Below the pieces are notes generated by a model. It was not told where the DNA came from. It ran no database searches and saw only the letters and a program-made list of their open reading frames with translations. Positions 22,206 to 34,780 of a stretch of DNA of 64,000 bases are shown one piece after another; position 1 is the first letter of the stretch; each line of letters begins with the position of its first letter. The DNA is taken from NCBI GenBank assembly GCA_946965045.2, contig OX337229.1, forward strand, positions 5,456,001 through 5,520,000. Reading direction: 5' to 3'. The DNA is from Epithemia pelagica. Its lineage: Eukaryota; Protista; Bacillariophyta. A program made the position numbers and the translations under genes.

Positions 22206-25200
22206 TCAAGTGAGGATTGTTATTTTCCTCGTCATGCTTCTGAACGTTTCCTCCCCAGAAGAATATGATCTTGAACGTGGTCCATACTTTCGAGAATTTC
22301 CAATGCTTACTGACAATGTATCCTGGACGCTCTCATAGGGATATCTCACCAGGCAATAAGTAATCAGTTCATCATTCTTCAGTTGGTAGGTCTTGTCGGT
22401 GCCCTTTGAGCTATGCTCCCCAGGTGCCTTCTTCATCCAAACATTGGGATCTGCTTTAGTTGGTGACAAATCCATATCAAGTGGGATGTCAAAGAAACAG
22501 TCACACCAACATGCTCCTGAAGATTTTAATCCTTTTGATGCCCTGTGTTTAATCAAGATGTGACCTGATTCCTTGAGTTCTTGTCTTGCAACTATCAAGA
22601 TCTTCTCCCCAGATAAAGCTTCCGGGTCGTGTGCATTTCCAACTTTTGCTCCCCATATATCCATATCATTGAGAATCCCAAGACAGGTGGTTGTATGGAA
22701 GTTGTGAATGGAAGAAGTACACAAAAAGATTGCCTCAACCGGTTCTTTGGTAAAAGCCTCGTCTGTGATGAGAAGTGCTGGGCGACTATCATCATGTTTT
22801 ACAAGATGGATTCGAATCTTGTTCTTGTGATACTCTTCTGGTGATGCATTTATCATTTCCCTTCTTTTGAACTGAGCTTGAACGCAATCCTTGATTTTTG
22901 TGAGGGATTGGATCTGTGAAACCTGAAAGAGCTCAACTTCGGTAGTGTCGTGCCACTTTCTTTTACCACGTTGCTTGTCTAACAAAACAACTAATTCTTC
23001 ATTTGTCTTTGAAACTTGATAACCAAACTTGTACTTGATGGAACGACAGACTTGCTTGATTCTTGACTGCTGTTTGGCAGCTTTAACAAGGCATTTACTG
23101 GTCTTGACAAAATGCTTGAGATGTTTCCATCCAAGTTCATTCAATAGATCATGTTTCTTGGCATAGGCATCATTTACCACGAGTGACGGAGGCTCATAGA
23201 TCATCGCCCCAGTCTCCCAATCAACAAGTATATTACAGTGACTTCTTTTGTAGTCAGGATTGTTGCTAATACTTGACGGTTCTTGATCTGCAACAACGTC
23301 TCTGAACTGGAAAACGTCATCTTCAGTTGCCTGTGCTTGGTTGTCCTGTTTGATGTATTCCATATGTTGACGGTATGAAATTATCTTGTCAATGTCGGAA
23401 ATGGATTTGCAGAAAGTGTACTTGATATAGTCTTCTTGCTTGAGAGCATCTTGTTCTAAATCAACAATGCATCTGATAAGACATGGTTGTGGTTGCTCCC
23501 CATTATATGGTTGTGGTTGCTCCCCATTTTCCTCTGGATCATAAACAAGGAAAGGTTGTCCAAAAGTGTTATCACATTTGATCATAGGCATTTGCGTGGA
23601 TGGATCTTCACCTTTGCTACCAACGAAAATGGGTTTATTTGGAAGCGACTCCTCCCCTGAAGAGGTATCCACACAAAGGTTGCTGGGTGGCGTGGGTGCA
23701 TCATGAAGAATGGCAGAGTAACAAAGGGTTTGAGTGTCCAGAGACAAAGTATCACCAATAGGAGGGGCAAAAACAAGCCAGTAGCCAAGTGTCGTGACAA
23801 AAGAGGGAGGGTAGGGACGGTAGGGACGGTGGGAGAGGGCATATGATTCGGTAAAGTAGGGGGCCTTGTCCCAGATAAGGAAGAAAAGTGGGTGGGTAAT
23901 GCCGGGTGGGCGACCATTGAGGATCTCAAGAGGGATATGGCCCGAAACGGTCACGACGTATGTTGTCCTCTTAACGGTCTGATAACGGTTCTCAGCCATG
24001 TTCTGATCTTGGAGGTATGGTTTGGAACAGTATTCTCCAAGCAGGGGTGTGAAGAAGGAAGGCGTATCAGGTCCATGATCGTAAGGTAAATCCAAGAGAA
24101 GGTTGAGGTTACAGACAACACGATTGGTATACTTCCCAAAAGCATCATGCGGATTGTTGCCATCATTTTCAACAGTCCTTGAAGAAGGTGCCGTATCTTG
24201 CATGGGATCAAGATACCAATGATTATAGCCAGTCAATTGATTGTCACCGGAGAAAGTAGACATGCGAGAGAGCAGATGTCGAGATATCTCAACTTTCTGT
24301 TTACAGTTGTTGTTCTCGAGACAATCATTAGGGATGGATGTTGCCTTGATATTGGACACCAAATTAGCAAGATCAGATGTTGGATGATTGACATCAATAT
24401 TGGTCACAACTTGTGGAACCAACCGGGTAATCAGATCAAAGAAATTATCTTGATGGTCTTGGGAATCATCTTGAATCATGTCGTCAATCCATGCACGACC
24501 AGGGTCGGGATCAGGTTCCGGATCAATGTCAAGAGTATGCGTCTGTTCCATGCATGCAGTTGTTGATGACGCATTCTGGGTAGACTTGTTGTACGCAATG
24601 ATTACTTGACGACTATTGTCGTTGAGTTTACTCCACAGATCTCTTGGAAGACTGATCTTTGGACGAAGCGAAGATGATTCCTTGGTCTTCACGTTGGTTC
24701 TCTTAATCATGCGGTGTTTTTCTTTGGGTGATAGATCTTTGATATCAAAATCTTGATCATATTGAAAGTCGCATTGCTTGGTATGCTTAAGTCGGTTAGA
24801 CTTTGGTGCTCGAGTTGCTTGGTCATGATCATATGCGGCATCAAGGAGAAGACGGAAATATGATTGATAACAAAGTGTCTTTGCACCAGACAAGATGTTG
24901 ACTTGTCGTAAATCAGGTACCTTTTCAACGGCTTTCATCAGGAAGGTCATCCTAGTGTAGTGGCCAGGAATGTGATCAAACATTGATACCAGATTGTCGA
25001 GGAGATGGAACTGGTGTTGAAAGTGTAGGAGAAACTGGTAGGTTGTGCCGTGCCATGAATCATCGAGACAAAGATTGGAGATGTAGTTGTTAAGACGTAG
25101 CACCTCTCTTTTTGCTAAATGAAATGACGAAATCCAACCTTGGTTCAGGCGAAGCTTGGTGAAGTCTGCATTGATTCTCCAATGATCGTAATTGGCCTTG

Positions 25201-25568
25201 GTGAGGTTCAACCAGGTAGAACGGGATATATCACACTGCTGCAGGGTTGAGGTTTGTTCTCGTGACCAATATGTTATGATCTTCAGTTGATGCCTTGTAT
25301 ATGTCTACAGGTCCATGGTCTTGTTCCCATACTTGTATTGTCCAAGGTCCTTGATATTCTTTTCTGGATTGACTGCAAGATAGTCGATGACATTCAGAAT
25401 GTGTTCGAAACCACTACGTTTTATCCATTGATGAAGGGCTTGAGCTTGTTCTTCATCACATTCAAATAGATACTGGGTGATATGATTGAACACTTGTGTA
25501 TCTGATATGTCAGGCGGTACTGAGTCGTCAGAAGGAAGAGAAGGTGTCTTGGGGTATGTTGGATCCAT
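22206..25568 (-). pseudogene. Decayed Copia gag-pol (gag, integrase and RT remnants)
   Basis: Gag (LDDSWHGTT, AVEKVPDLRQV), integrase (QNMAENRYQTVK) and RT (YKFGYQV, DIWGAKVGNA, ADPNVWMKK) remnants. No YVDD and no RNase H. Gag N-terminus is a separate ORF at 25305-25568. Confidence 0.82.
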
Positions 25569-26064
25569 GGTAGTATATGGTTGGTTCGTTGTTTATTTAA
25601 TGTGTGGTGTGATCTGAACCCGGATGTACCACGTGTGTGCCACGTATGTAAGTACCCGGATGTGTGTTGTGCTTGGAAACCGGATGTGAGGAACTCGGTT
25701 TTGTCTCTGGTTTGTTGTGGAAACTACTTAAAGTTACTTATCCTTGGTCACTTCCGGACTCGTTGCGGTGATCGAGTTGAACCGGGGAGTCAGGAATAGT
25801 AGTAGCTTCCTCGTCTTGCTCGTAGTCCTCAACAAAGTACTGGTCAGGTGAGTATTGGGAAGGTAGTTGCACGGAGTCCTGGTCCAGCTTGAGGTCCTGG
25901 AATAGGAGAGGGTTGGTGACCCTAGCCTCAGCCAGGCTGGCCCTGTTGTTGGGTTGGGTAGTTTTGTCCTCTAACTCTTGTTTGTTGGGGTAGCTCAATC
26001 TGTAATGGGTGTAGATGGGTAAGTAAGGTATCCAATGCAACTGCAGGGCAATGAGCGATGAGAC

Positions 26065-26815
26065 TGTTAATCTAGCAGAACTCTCATTGAGAATTCAGAA
26101 GAGTTGGGTAAAAGGCTCGCTGAGCCGACAATCGAATCACCAACCGATACAACAATCCTCCACGGGTCAGAGAAGAGTTGCAAGTCGAAGTCCGCCGTGG
26201 GTGGGGGCAGTCGGTCCACTGATAAGAGGTTAGTCTTAAGATGTGATGAAAGGTGATATTAATGATTGTGAGACAATTACTAACTAAGGTGGTTGATGGT
26301 GCCGAAGTCCTGGCTCTTGTATACGGCCATGGATCTGGTGTGATAGGTCCTCACTGGTTGGAGTAGACCGGCATTGGTGTATATTGAATGTATAGGGTGA
26401 TAGATAACATTTATGGGATGCGACAGCTCTTGCTTTGTCGTGGTATAAGTCTCGTGCTGGGCGCGTTGCTGTTTGCATTCTTGGATTTGTGGGAACAGAG
26501 ATATGGTCTCGCGTGATCGTGATTCGTGCTTTGATTATATAGACCGTTAGGTCGAGTCGTGGATGCGCGTACTCGGATAATCAAGGCGCGCACTCGATTG
26601 TTTTGGGCGCGCACGTGTTGGGCCATAGTTAATATCCGAGTGGTCGCCGATAACACGTGAATGCGAGCATGCCATGGCCAAATTTATAGTTTCGCGAGCA
26701 TGCCGACATTCCTTTCTCACTTTTAGGAAAATGTCATCGGATGCCATAAAATACTAACATCAGTCGATGTGTTGTAGATTCCACCACCACCTAGTTAAAG
26801 GTGAGAATCCTAACA
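26065..26815 (-). repeat. 5' LTR of Copia element 2 (751 bp)
   Basis: TGTTAATC...CCTAACA ends; matches 21450-22191. Confidence 0.92.
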
Positions 26816-28619
26816 GGATTGGTCATTGAGGTTACCTGTCGTCCAGTTGTAGCGTCGTAGGTCGTTGTTGTTCCGTTTGTCAACGTGCCAAACAGTTTTC
26901 CGCTCACATGGCTCTTCGACCACTGCCACCACAGCTCCACTTTGTCCACTCCTTCTTCCACTCGAACTATGTTGTCGGAAGGAGCCGCACCACCGGCACC
27001 AGCATTGGCGGCGGCGGCGGTAAGAAGCAGTCCTTCCACATATGGTTGCGTGTTTGTTGTTTCGTCGAACCAAACTTTTGTTGCGTAAGAACCACCAATC
27101 CGATGAGGCTTTGATTTGGTGGGTTCGGGCCAAGGAAAGATGAGAAGTTGATTGTTGCATGCGGATGGAAGATAAGTGAATTGCTGTATTCATTCCATCC
27201 AGTCTCGTCGTCTTCTCACGGTCACTTCCTTCGTTGCGGTTGCCGAGATTCTTGTCATGTTTGTGCGTCGGAATCCTCCAGTTGATTGCCATGTGTCCTT
27301 GCTGCTGCTCTCCTTCACCTCATCCATCCATTTTGGAGCTTCCATTGTCGTCCCTCCTTGCAATCATGGTTCATTCCATCTTTATCCGACTCCAATCTTG
27401 ATCCTCTCGTTGCTTCCTTCCAACCTCAAAATGGAAGGTCTTCTAAATCTTGCCGTAGGTCGATGAAACTAGCCAACTCATCCCTTCCCGTCCATTCCAT
27501 CACGGTACACATAAAGATCAAGCTTCCTGGATGTTCAGAGGAGTGCTAGGACCTTTCGTTGGAGGTGCACAGCGGTCTTCATTGTCCATGGTGGTGATAT
27601 GCAGTGCAAAATGACCGTAGTGCTCTTCCTACGAAGCTAGAATCACTATAGAGAAAACAGTGGGGGCCTGAAAAGCACGGGCAACTGAGCGCCAACATAT
27701 CGATTGATGGAGCTCGTACGAGTACAACATACAACAATCAACCAATGAGAAGGAGAATCACGAATCACGAATCATTAAAATGAGGTGGACGGGAGACAGG
27801 ATTCGAAATTCGAAAAGGCGCGGTCTTGTTTTGCGATTGGGATTCTACTGTAAAACATATACTTAAAATCTTAAATTAAAAACGCACTTAAACGTGCGCT
27901 CATAACCCATTTTATTTTAGGTTTGAGGCCAAAATTTGTCCGAGCCAACAGCCAACCCCTCGTCTCACGAACACTTCTCGTAAACACAAACCTAGTCGTA
28001 GAGTATATATTTATATGAACGTATATCATATAAGCCTTCCCCCCCCTAAGAAATCGTCCGTTCGACAGATGGAGCAATAGCAGCAACAAGTCCTCCTCGT
28101 CGTCGTTCATGGTTCTTACAAACAACGCCCTACTCAAACAAGGAAAGAAAGGCGAAACAACGATACCCTGTATTCGACACGGAGAGAGGTACGTTCAACG
28201 CCAAAGGTGCAGGTGGAGCCCCAACTAGGTAGCCATTGGCTTCTTGGGGGAACAGGGGAGAAAGAAGGCGCGAAAATGCTTATGTAGATAACGCGAAATG
28301 AATGTTCTATATCATGCGTTGAGTACGGCGTGCGCTGTGCCGCATCGTACCGCCCCGGTCAAGAAGGGACCGACGGACGAACGCTGATCGAGTCATCGCA
28401 CCCAAAGGAGTTCCTGGAAGAAGAGAGTGTGTTGGGACGGTCTTTGGGAAGACTGTCCCAACAAAGTTGCAACAATCATAAATTGTTGGAAAGAAGATTT
28501 GCGAAGGTCATCGTTGGATTTGATCACCCTACGGTTCTTTACATTCTTCTTTCGCTTCGGTTTTTCTCTTCTCCCTGTTCGACCGTGCCATCCACCTCAT
28601 CCTTGTCATCGTTTTCGTG

Positions 28620-30950
28620 ATGTTTGAGTGGGCAAGTACTCCGGATTCTTCGCCTTCTGTGGGATCGTCAGGTGAGTCTACTGTTTCTGTGACCGGGGGG
28701 GGACCCTTCGTTCGGGTTCTCTCTTCGGTGTTGTTCGTATCGAACAAGATACCTTTGATGCGTCTTGTCGTGGTGTCATCGGGGCAGGGCAGCGAGTGTG
28801 CATTCGTACGGATTGTTCCGTCGCCGCACATGCTGCAAAGAAGCAAGAGTGGAGTAAGTTGGTTGGTGACGACACCTCGGGCATATTTATTCGGGGTGTT
28901 AGTGACTCTTCGAGTTCCGAGGCTTCGGATGTTCTCTTTTGTCAACCGGTTCTTCAAGGCAACTGTATTCGCACTCTGGATTGGAATGAAATGGAGCTAA
29001 GCCCGCGCTCACTTGAGAGTTGGCAAGCCACCTTTGCATCCCTCAAGCATGCGGCCTCCGAGTCGGGTGAGGGTGTGGATCTATCTACGGCAACTAAAGT
29101 CATGGAAAACACAAAGTCTGAAGTGAAGTTCGTAGCCATGACTCCCAATCCCAAACGCAAGAAACGAGGTTCTCAAGTTTTAGTTGAAACGGTTACAAGT
29201 GAAGATGAGGAAGATATGGGAGTCAAGGTACCCTCAGTTGCTACTCCACAGAAGAGGAGGGTGGTTCCTTGGAAGGCTGTACCAGAAGACATTGGGACTG
29301 AACAGCCTACACCTAGTGTCAAGGTGTTGCAAAGTGGCGCGTGGTCTAACTTAGTTACCAATGTGAATACCTTGCGTGAGGAGCATGAAAAGGAAGGACA
29401 GGAGCGAGACGTTCTGGAAGCAACGGTGGATGTGGAAATCGAAAAGCTGCATGTGAAGCTTTCACTGATCCATGCCTTGTTGGGAGAAAGATCCGAGGAG
29501 TTTGGCACTCAGTCTGCATTCGAAGCATTGACTCATTGCATGACGACTGTGCGTGCCTTACAAGGCTTGGTGGCCAAGCGTCTGGAAGCTCCATTGGATT
29601 CTGGTTTCTTGGGCAGGAACAGGCGGTGGCTTCATCAAAGACGTTGGTGCAAGAGCGATTGGATGAATTCTTTGCTGATCACAGCGATTTTCGGAAGCAA
29701 TTTGTAAATCCAACCTTGCAATTGCTTGCACGATCCACGTCGAACAAAAGTGATCCAGGAGGGAAGTGGGCGGAACTGTTTGCCGAGCTCACTTCGAGGA
29801 TCGAGAGAGTGGAACAACAAGGCAATGCGAGTCAGCCAGCGCAGTCTGTGTCGGGCAATACAAGAGTCCCGGGGGTTTCGTTTGGATGGCCCATTAGTTC
29901 TGCTTCAACTGGTGGATGGTCCACTCAATCGTACGGAGGAACACAGGTGAATGGGCAAAGTGCCGACCAAATGCAGTGGATACAGGGAGAGTTTCAAAGG
30001 TTGAAAGAGGAAATGAACACTCTCAAGTCGGGTATGAAGGACCTGCAAGAACAGGCTGAATCTGATGCCATTTTTGTTGGGTCGATAGTGTTTCCGTCTC
30101 GCGGGTTCTGTGTATCTTGGATGGCGCGCCATGCAGTAGAAACCGACCCCCATGTGTTTGTGGATGCGGTATCGTTGTTGTCGCTGGCCACATCGGACGT
30201 GAGTCTAGACGAAGAACGCGCGGCGAATCTGCGGGCAACGACAGCCAAGGTCCGTGATAAGACACCTTATCACACCGCTTACATCGCCTCGTTTAACTTG
30301 GAGGTACCCCCGTTGCTGGGCAAAGGCTCGGACCAGTCTTTGACCACCAATTCGAGGGCATTGGGTGGAGTGCCGAAATTCGAAGATTTCCATCGCCGTC
30401 GGGTCGCGAGGGAATTCATCAGCGGATTCTGGATCACGTCAAGGATGGACGTAGGACTCTGGAGCAAGCGATTGGAGACCTGTTTGCTTTTGGAACGGAG
30501 CCAGCCAGCGTCGCCCATGAGTTGCTACTACAGAGCAAAACATTTTGGGATGACTTGTGCCATTGGATCGTTCGCTACCATCAGCAGGTCCAAGCAGAAA
30601 GTGAAGCGAGCTGTCAGGAAGTGTGGATTCTCATCTCACACTGTGTCCGAGCAGTCTTTCGGAGTCTGCGAGAAGCAATGGCGCCAGGACGGGCAACGAA
30701 CACTCCTGCCGGGATGCTTTTGGGCACCTTGCGCGCCCACGAAGTTATGAAGGAATATAGGCAGGCAGATTTCAGCGGGCATCCGAAGATAGCGCTCATT
30801 CTGCATGAACATCTGATTCGGTTTGCCACGCCCAGGTCAAAGTTCACGGCTCTCAAGACTGGGCTAGAGGAACGCATGGACAAGCTGCAGCGGTCTGTGA
30901 ATTCAGCTGTGGCGGCCACCAACAAGAGCGGAGGAAAGAAGAGTGCGTGA
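28620..30950 (+). pseudogene. ORF1 (gag-like) of the YR retrotransposon, frameshifted
   Basis: Successive frames (28617, 28796, 29536, 30522) join into one product with a C-x10-C-x4-C-x4-H knuckle, coiled coil and IFLHEHL-like end. About three frameshifts. Confidence 0.65.
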
Positions 30951-30974
30951 GAAGGAAGGTATGGGACGTCAAAT

Positions 30975-33900
30975 ATGAGCAGAAAAAGAAGGATGGTGGA
31001 CGAGATGGGAGGAGATGCGGCGATGAATGGCGAGAAAGTTGGAGATGGGATGGAGATTGGTTTCGCCAAGGATAATTGTTACGTAGAAAGTGTTTCGCTT
31101 TGCAACTCGCAAAATGGAGTGGAGGAGCGAAAGATTTCTCGCTTGCAAGTAGGACAAGGCACGTGTCGTATTGGGTTGGCGAGTGGAGGAACGCCCTTTT
31201 GGTTTTGGGCCGTTTCCTCCCTGGGTCAGATATTGTGGATTGACACTCCACCGGAACGATTGGATAGCGGAGAAACGGGTTCGGAAGACTGGAGCAGGTT
31301 AGCGATAGCAAGAGAAGAAAGACTCACAAAAAACCGAGGGTCCAAGAAGGCCAGGGTATCATATGTCGTCCCACAATCCTGGGATAAGCGTGCTGATGTG
31401 GATCTTGTCTTTTTTGATGGAGGAATGGCGCCCGGTCCTGGGCACCCGGTTTGGAAGATGGGAGCGGTGAAAGTAGTTTGTTGGATCGGAGGAAGAAAAG
31501 GTGCGGGGCCGTTTGATAAGGCAAGATGGAATACGACTGTGTTGAGGCTGCCGCATGATGAGTTGGGCAGTGTGACGACTCAGGTGTCCATGATCCATGT
31601 GGCGGAGCGCAACGATGGAACCACCGGCCAACAGTTCGTTGATTGTTGGAGAAATTTTGTCGAGAGTGGTCTGAGGAAAACCACAATGAGTGGCGTTGTC
31701 GATTGTACGGTCCATGGGCGGCAATGTAAGACTCCACCACGATATGAACCAGGCGTTTACGGGAGAACTTTGATGGATCGAAAGTTGAATTGGAAGACGG
31801 ATCATGACCGGGAGCACGTTTTGCCCTGTGTATTTTCAAGAACTGATTGGGTACAAAGGAAGCTATCCCCACAAGAATTGGCAATAGCTCTTGATTTCCC
31901 TGCCGATTTGCACAAGCGAGCGACGGCTGAGGAACTGGGTTGTTGGATCCATGAACTGAAGGTTCCATTCAAGTGTCGAGTCCAAGTTGCTTTATCGCTA
32001 AGGTCATGGTTGAGAGAAGAGGAAGAAGAGGCAGACGATAGGAGGATGAAACGAGAAAGAGAGAAAGGAGGAGAGAGGATGGGCCACGAAACTCTCTACA
32101 GAAAAGGAGAAGAAGATTCCGAGGAGTTGCGAATGACGGAAACCGAAGCTTTGTTTTTGATTCCTGACAGCGATGAGGGAGTTGGATCTCTGAATGTAGA
32201 AGAGCGACGTGAGGATAGAAACCTCAAGGCAACGAAAGCGGACGACGCGGCCATTCCAACTTACCTTTGGGATGACCGGATTTGTGCCAAACTGGGGATT
32301 CAAGATGTGAAAAAACAAGCGCAATGTGTTAAAGCACTAGAGGTCATTCGTGGTGGTGCTCTCAGATATTGGAAGCGACTCGTATGTTCAGACTTCTGGC
32401 GTTGGTGGCGATACCAACGATTTGATGACGACTGTAGCAATGATCAGAGTCTAAAGGAACGGACAATCACCGCTGGATTGAGTGCTCTAGCCCACGCGTC
32501 GGAGGCGTCCTGGTGGGACTGGGACAAGGGATCGTCTCCTTTCTTCTGGAGAATCCCAGATGCTCAGTGGCTTCAAGAAATGCGGGATGGTGTCTCACCA
32601 ATGTGGATAGGAGACCCACCGGCATATAGAAGACGACAGAGAGCGAATCCAGATGAGAAGCAAAGAGCGTTTGAAACAAAGAAAATTACCAAGGTCCGAC
32701 GGCGTGGATACATTGCCCCAAGGAGTGGGATTAAATCACTTACAAGTTTCTTTTCGGTCCCCAAGGGCGAAAATGATATTTGCATGGTCTATGATGAGAC
32801 TAAGAGTGGACTCAATGATGCTTTATTCGCGCCTTGGTTTGGACTGGGGAATGTCACGTCAATGTTGAGGACGGTAGAATCAAAAACGTGGTCAGCCGAC
32901 AACGATTTCGGCGAAATGTTTTTGAATTTCTGGCTGCATCCCGATTTGAGGGCATACACGGGAATTGACATTACCGATTTATTCCCAGACAAACTTAAGG
33001 AGAAGTTTGGCCGTACGCGACTTTGGGAGGCATGGACACGTTGTGCAATGGGGCTAACTACATCACCTTACCAGGCCACCCAAAATGCACAACGTGTTAA
33101 ACGATTGATATTTGGAGACAGGTTAGATTCGTCAAATATCTTCGGTTGGGTGGATGTGCGTTTGAACTTACCAGGTGATGCGGATTATGATCCGAGTTTG
33201 CCTTGGATAAGTAAGATTCACGACAATGGTGATATTGCAGCCGACGTTCATCCATATGTGGATGATTTGAGAGAGACTGCTCCTTCAGAGGAGGAGGCAT
33301 GCTTGGCAGCAAGCAAGATGGCAAAGGGTGCGGCATTCTATGGACTGCAGGATGCGGCACGGAAAAGGCGTCCACCCAGTAAGACTCCTGGTGCCTGGGC
33401 TGGAGCCGTTGTAGGAACCGACAAAAAGGGACAGGTTTTTAAGACAGTCTCTCAGGAACGTTGGAAGAAAACAAGAGGTCACATTTCAACGTTGAGAAAG
33501 TGGGCCAAGACAGACCAGAAGATTGACCGAAAAGAGCTTGAGCGGGTGAGAGGATTCCTGGTGTATGTGTCGTTGACCTTTGAAACAATGGTGCCTTACC
33601 TGAAAGGAATCCATCACACACTAGAGTCTTGGCAAGACGATCGCGATGCCGATGGATGGCGACTGCCTGACAAAGATCGGCGAAAGCGGAAATATAGCGA
33701 GTTGGCTAATTCAAAGGGGCCCCCAGGGAAGTTGCTCAATCTCCAAGGTTCAAAAGCAATGTAGCAGCGTTGTCTGAGCTGACAAAAGAGGAGACACCGC
33801 CAAAAATACAGGCTCGCCCGACCGCAGGAGCGAAGGTGGCGATTGTATTTGGAGACGCATCCGGAGAAGGGTTTGGCTCCTCACTGTGGATGTATGGCGC

Positions 33901-34780
33901 CAATACAGTAGAAACGGAGCATGGGCAGTGGACGAGAGAGTATGGCTCTCGCTCATCGAACTATCGCGAATTGTACAACCTTGTTCTCCGATTGGAAGCA
34001 TTGATTGAAGATGGCACAATTCCGAGAGGTGACGAAGTACTTGTCTTCACAGACAATTCGACGGCAGAATCAGCCTTTTACAAAGGAACTTCTTCTTCGC
34101 GGCTGCTGTTTGAGCTTGTACTTAGAACAAAACGTTTGGAAATGCTGGGCAAGGTATTTGTGCGGGTAATTTGGGTTGCAGGAACCCGAATGATTGAGCA
34201 AGGGACCGATGGCTTGTCCCGCGGAGATCTGATGACGGGCGTGATGGCAGGTGGGAACATGCTGATGTATGTACCGCTCAACAAGACGGCCGAAGAGAGA
34301 CAAGCAGGGCTGGTGGAATGGGCGAAAGGTGTTGCGCCAACAATGAACTGGAAAGAACTTGAAGCGAAGGATTGGCTTGACCGAGCTTTCGAGGATGATA
34401 ACTTCATATGGATGCCTCCTCCAGCCATTGCCGATGTTGCTGTGGATCAGTTGCGCGAAGCACGACACATCCGCACACGAACTGGTCATATATTTATCTG
34501 CCCTGCCTTGATGACAAACAGATGGAGAAAGAAATTGGGAAAAGTGGCGGATTGCGTTTTTACTGTCCCGGTCGGAAGTGAATTGTGGAGTAAATCTCAA
34601 CATGAACCGTTGATTGTTGCTTTTGTTTGTCCTTTTCTGCACAGGCGTCCGTGGCAAGTCAAACAGGCTAAACCACTATTGGACCAAATGGACAGGGAAT
34701 TGCAGGGGCTGTGGACATCCGGTGCTTCCGCTGTGCGGGATTGTTTGTGCAAACTTTGGTTGTACAAGGGGGACGAGTAA
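30975..34780 (+). pseudogene. ORF2: MTase-like N-terminus, reverse transcriptase and RNase H, one frameshift near 33720
   Basis: RT motifs FFSVPKG, MVYD, DFGEMFLNF, MGLTTSPY and YVDD. RNase H motifs FGDASGEGFG, SSNYRELYN, FTDNSTAE and DGLSRG. Confidence 0.9.

Larger units (their letters stand above)
21450..26815 (-). mobile_element. Degenerate Ty1/Copia (CoDi-like) LTR retrotransposon
   Basis: LTRs at 21450-22191 and 26065-26815. GGATT duplication at 21445-21449 and 26816-26820. PPT TGTGGGGAG adjacent to the 3' LTR. Decayed gag-pol inside. Confidence 0.9.
20896..27716. mobile_element. Second, inverted copy (B) of the same element, lacking one TIR and interrupted by Copia element 2
   Basis: About 27330-27716 is an inverted match to 19368-19750, with TA at 27717-27718. 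20896-21206 is an inverted match to 20497-20826. About 1.45 kb once 21450-26820 is removed. Confidence 0.75.

Noticed and set aside
26041-26064. Expected primer-binding site of Copia element 2
   Set aside because: No match to a tRNA 3' end or anticodon arm could be recognised, so no PBS is called.
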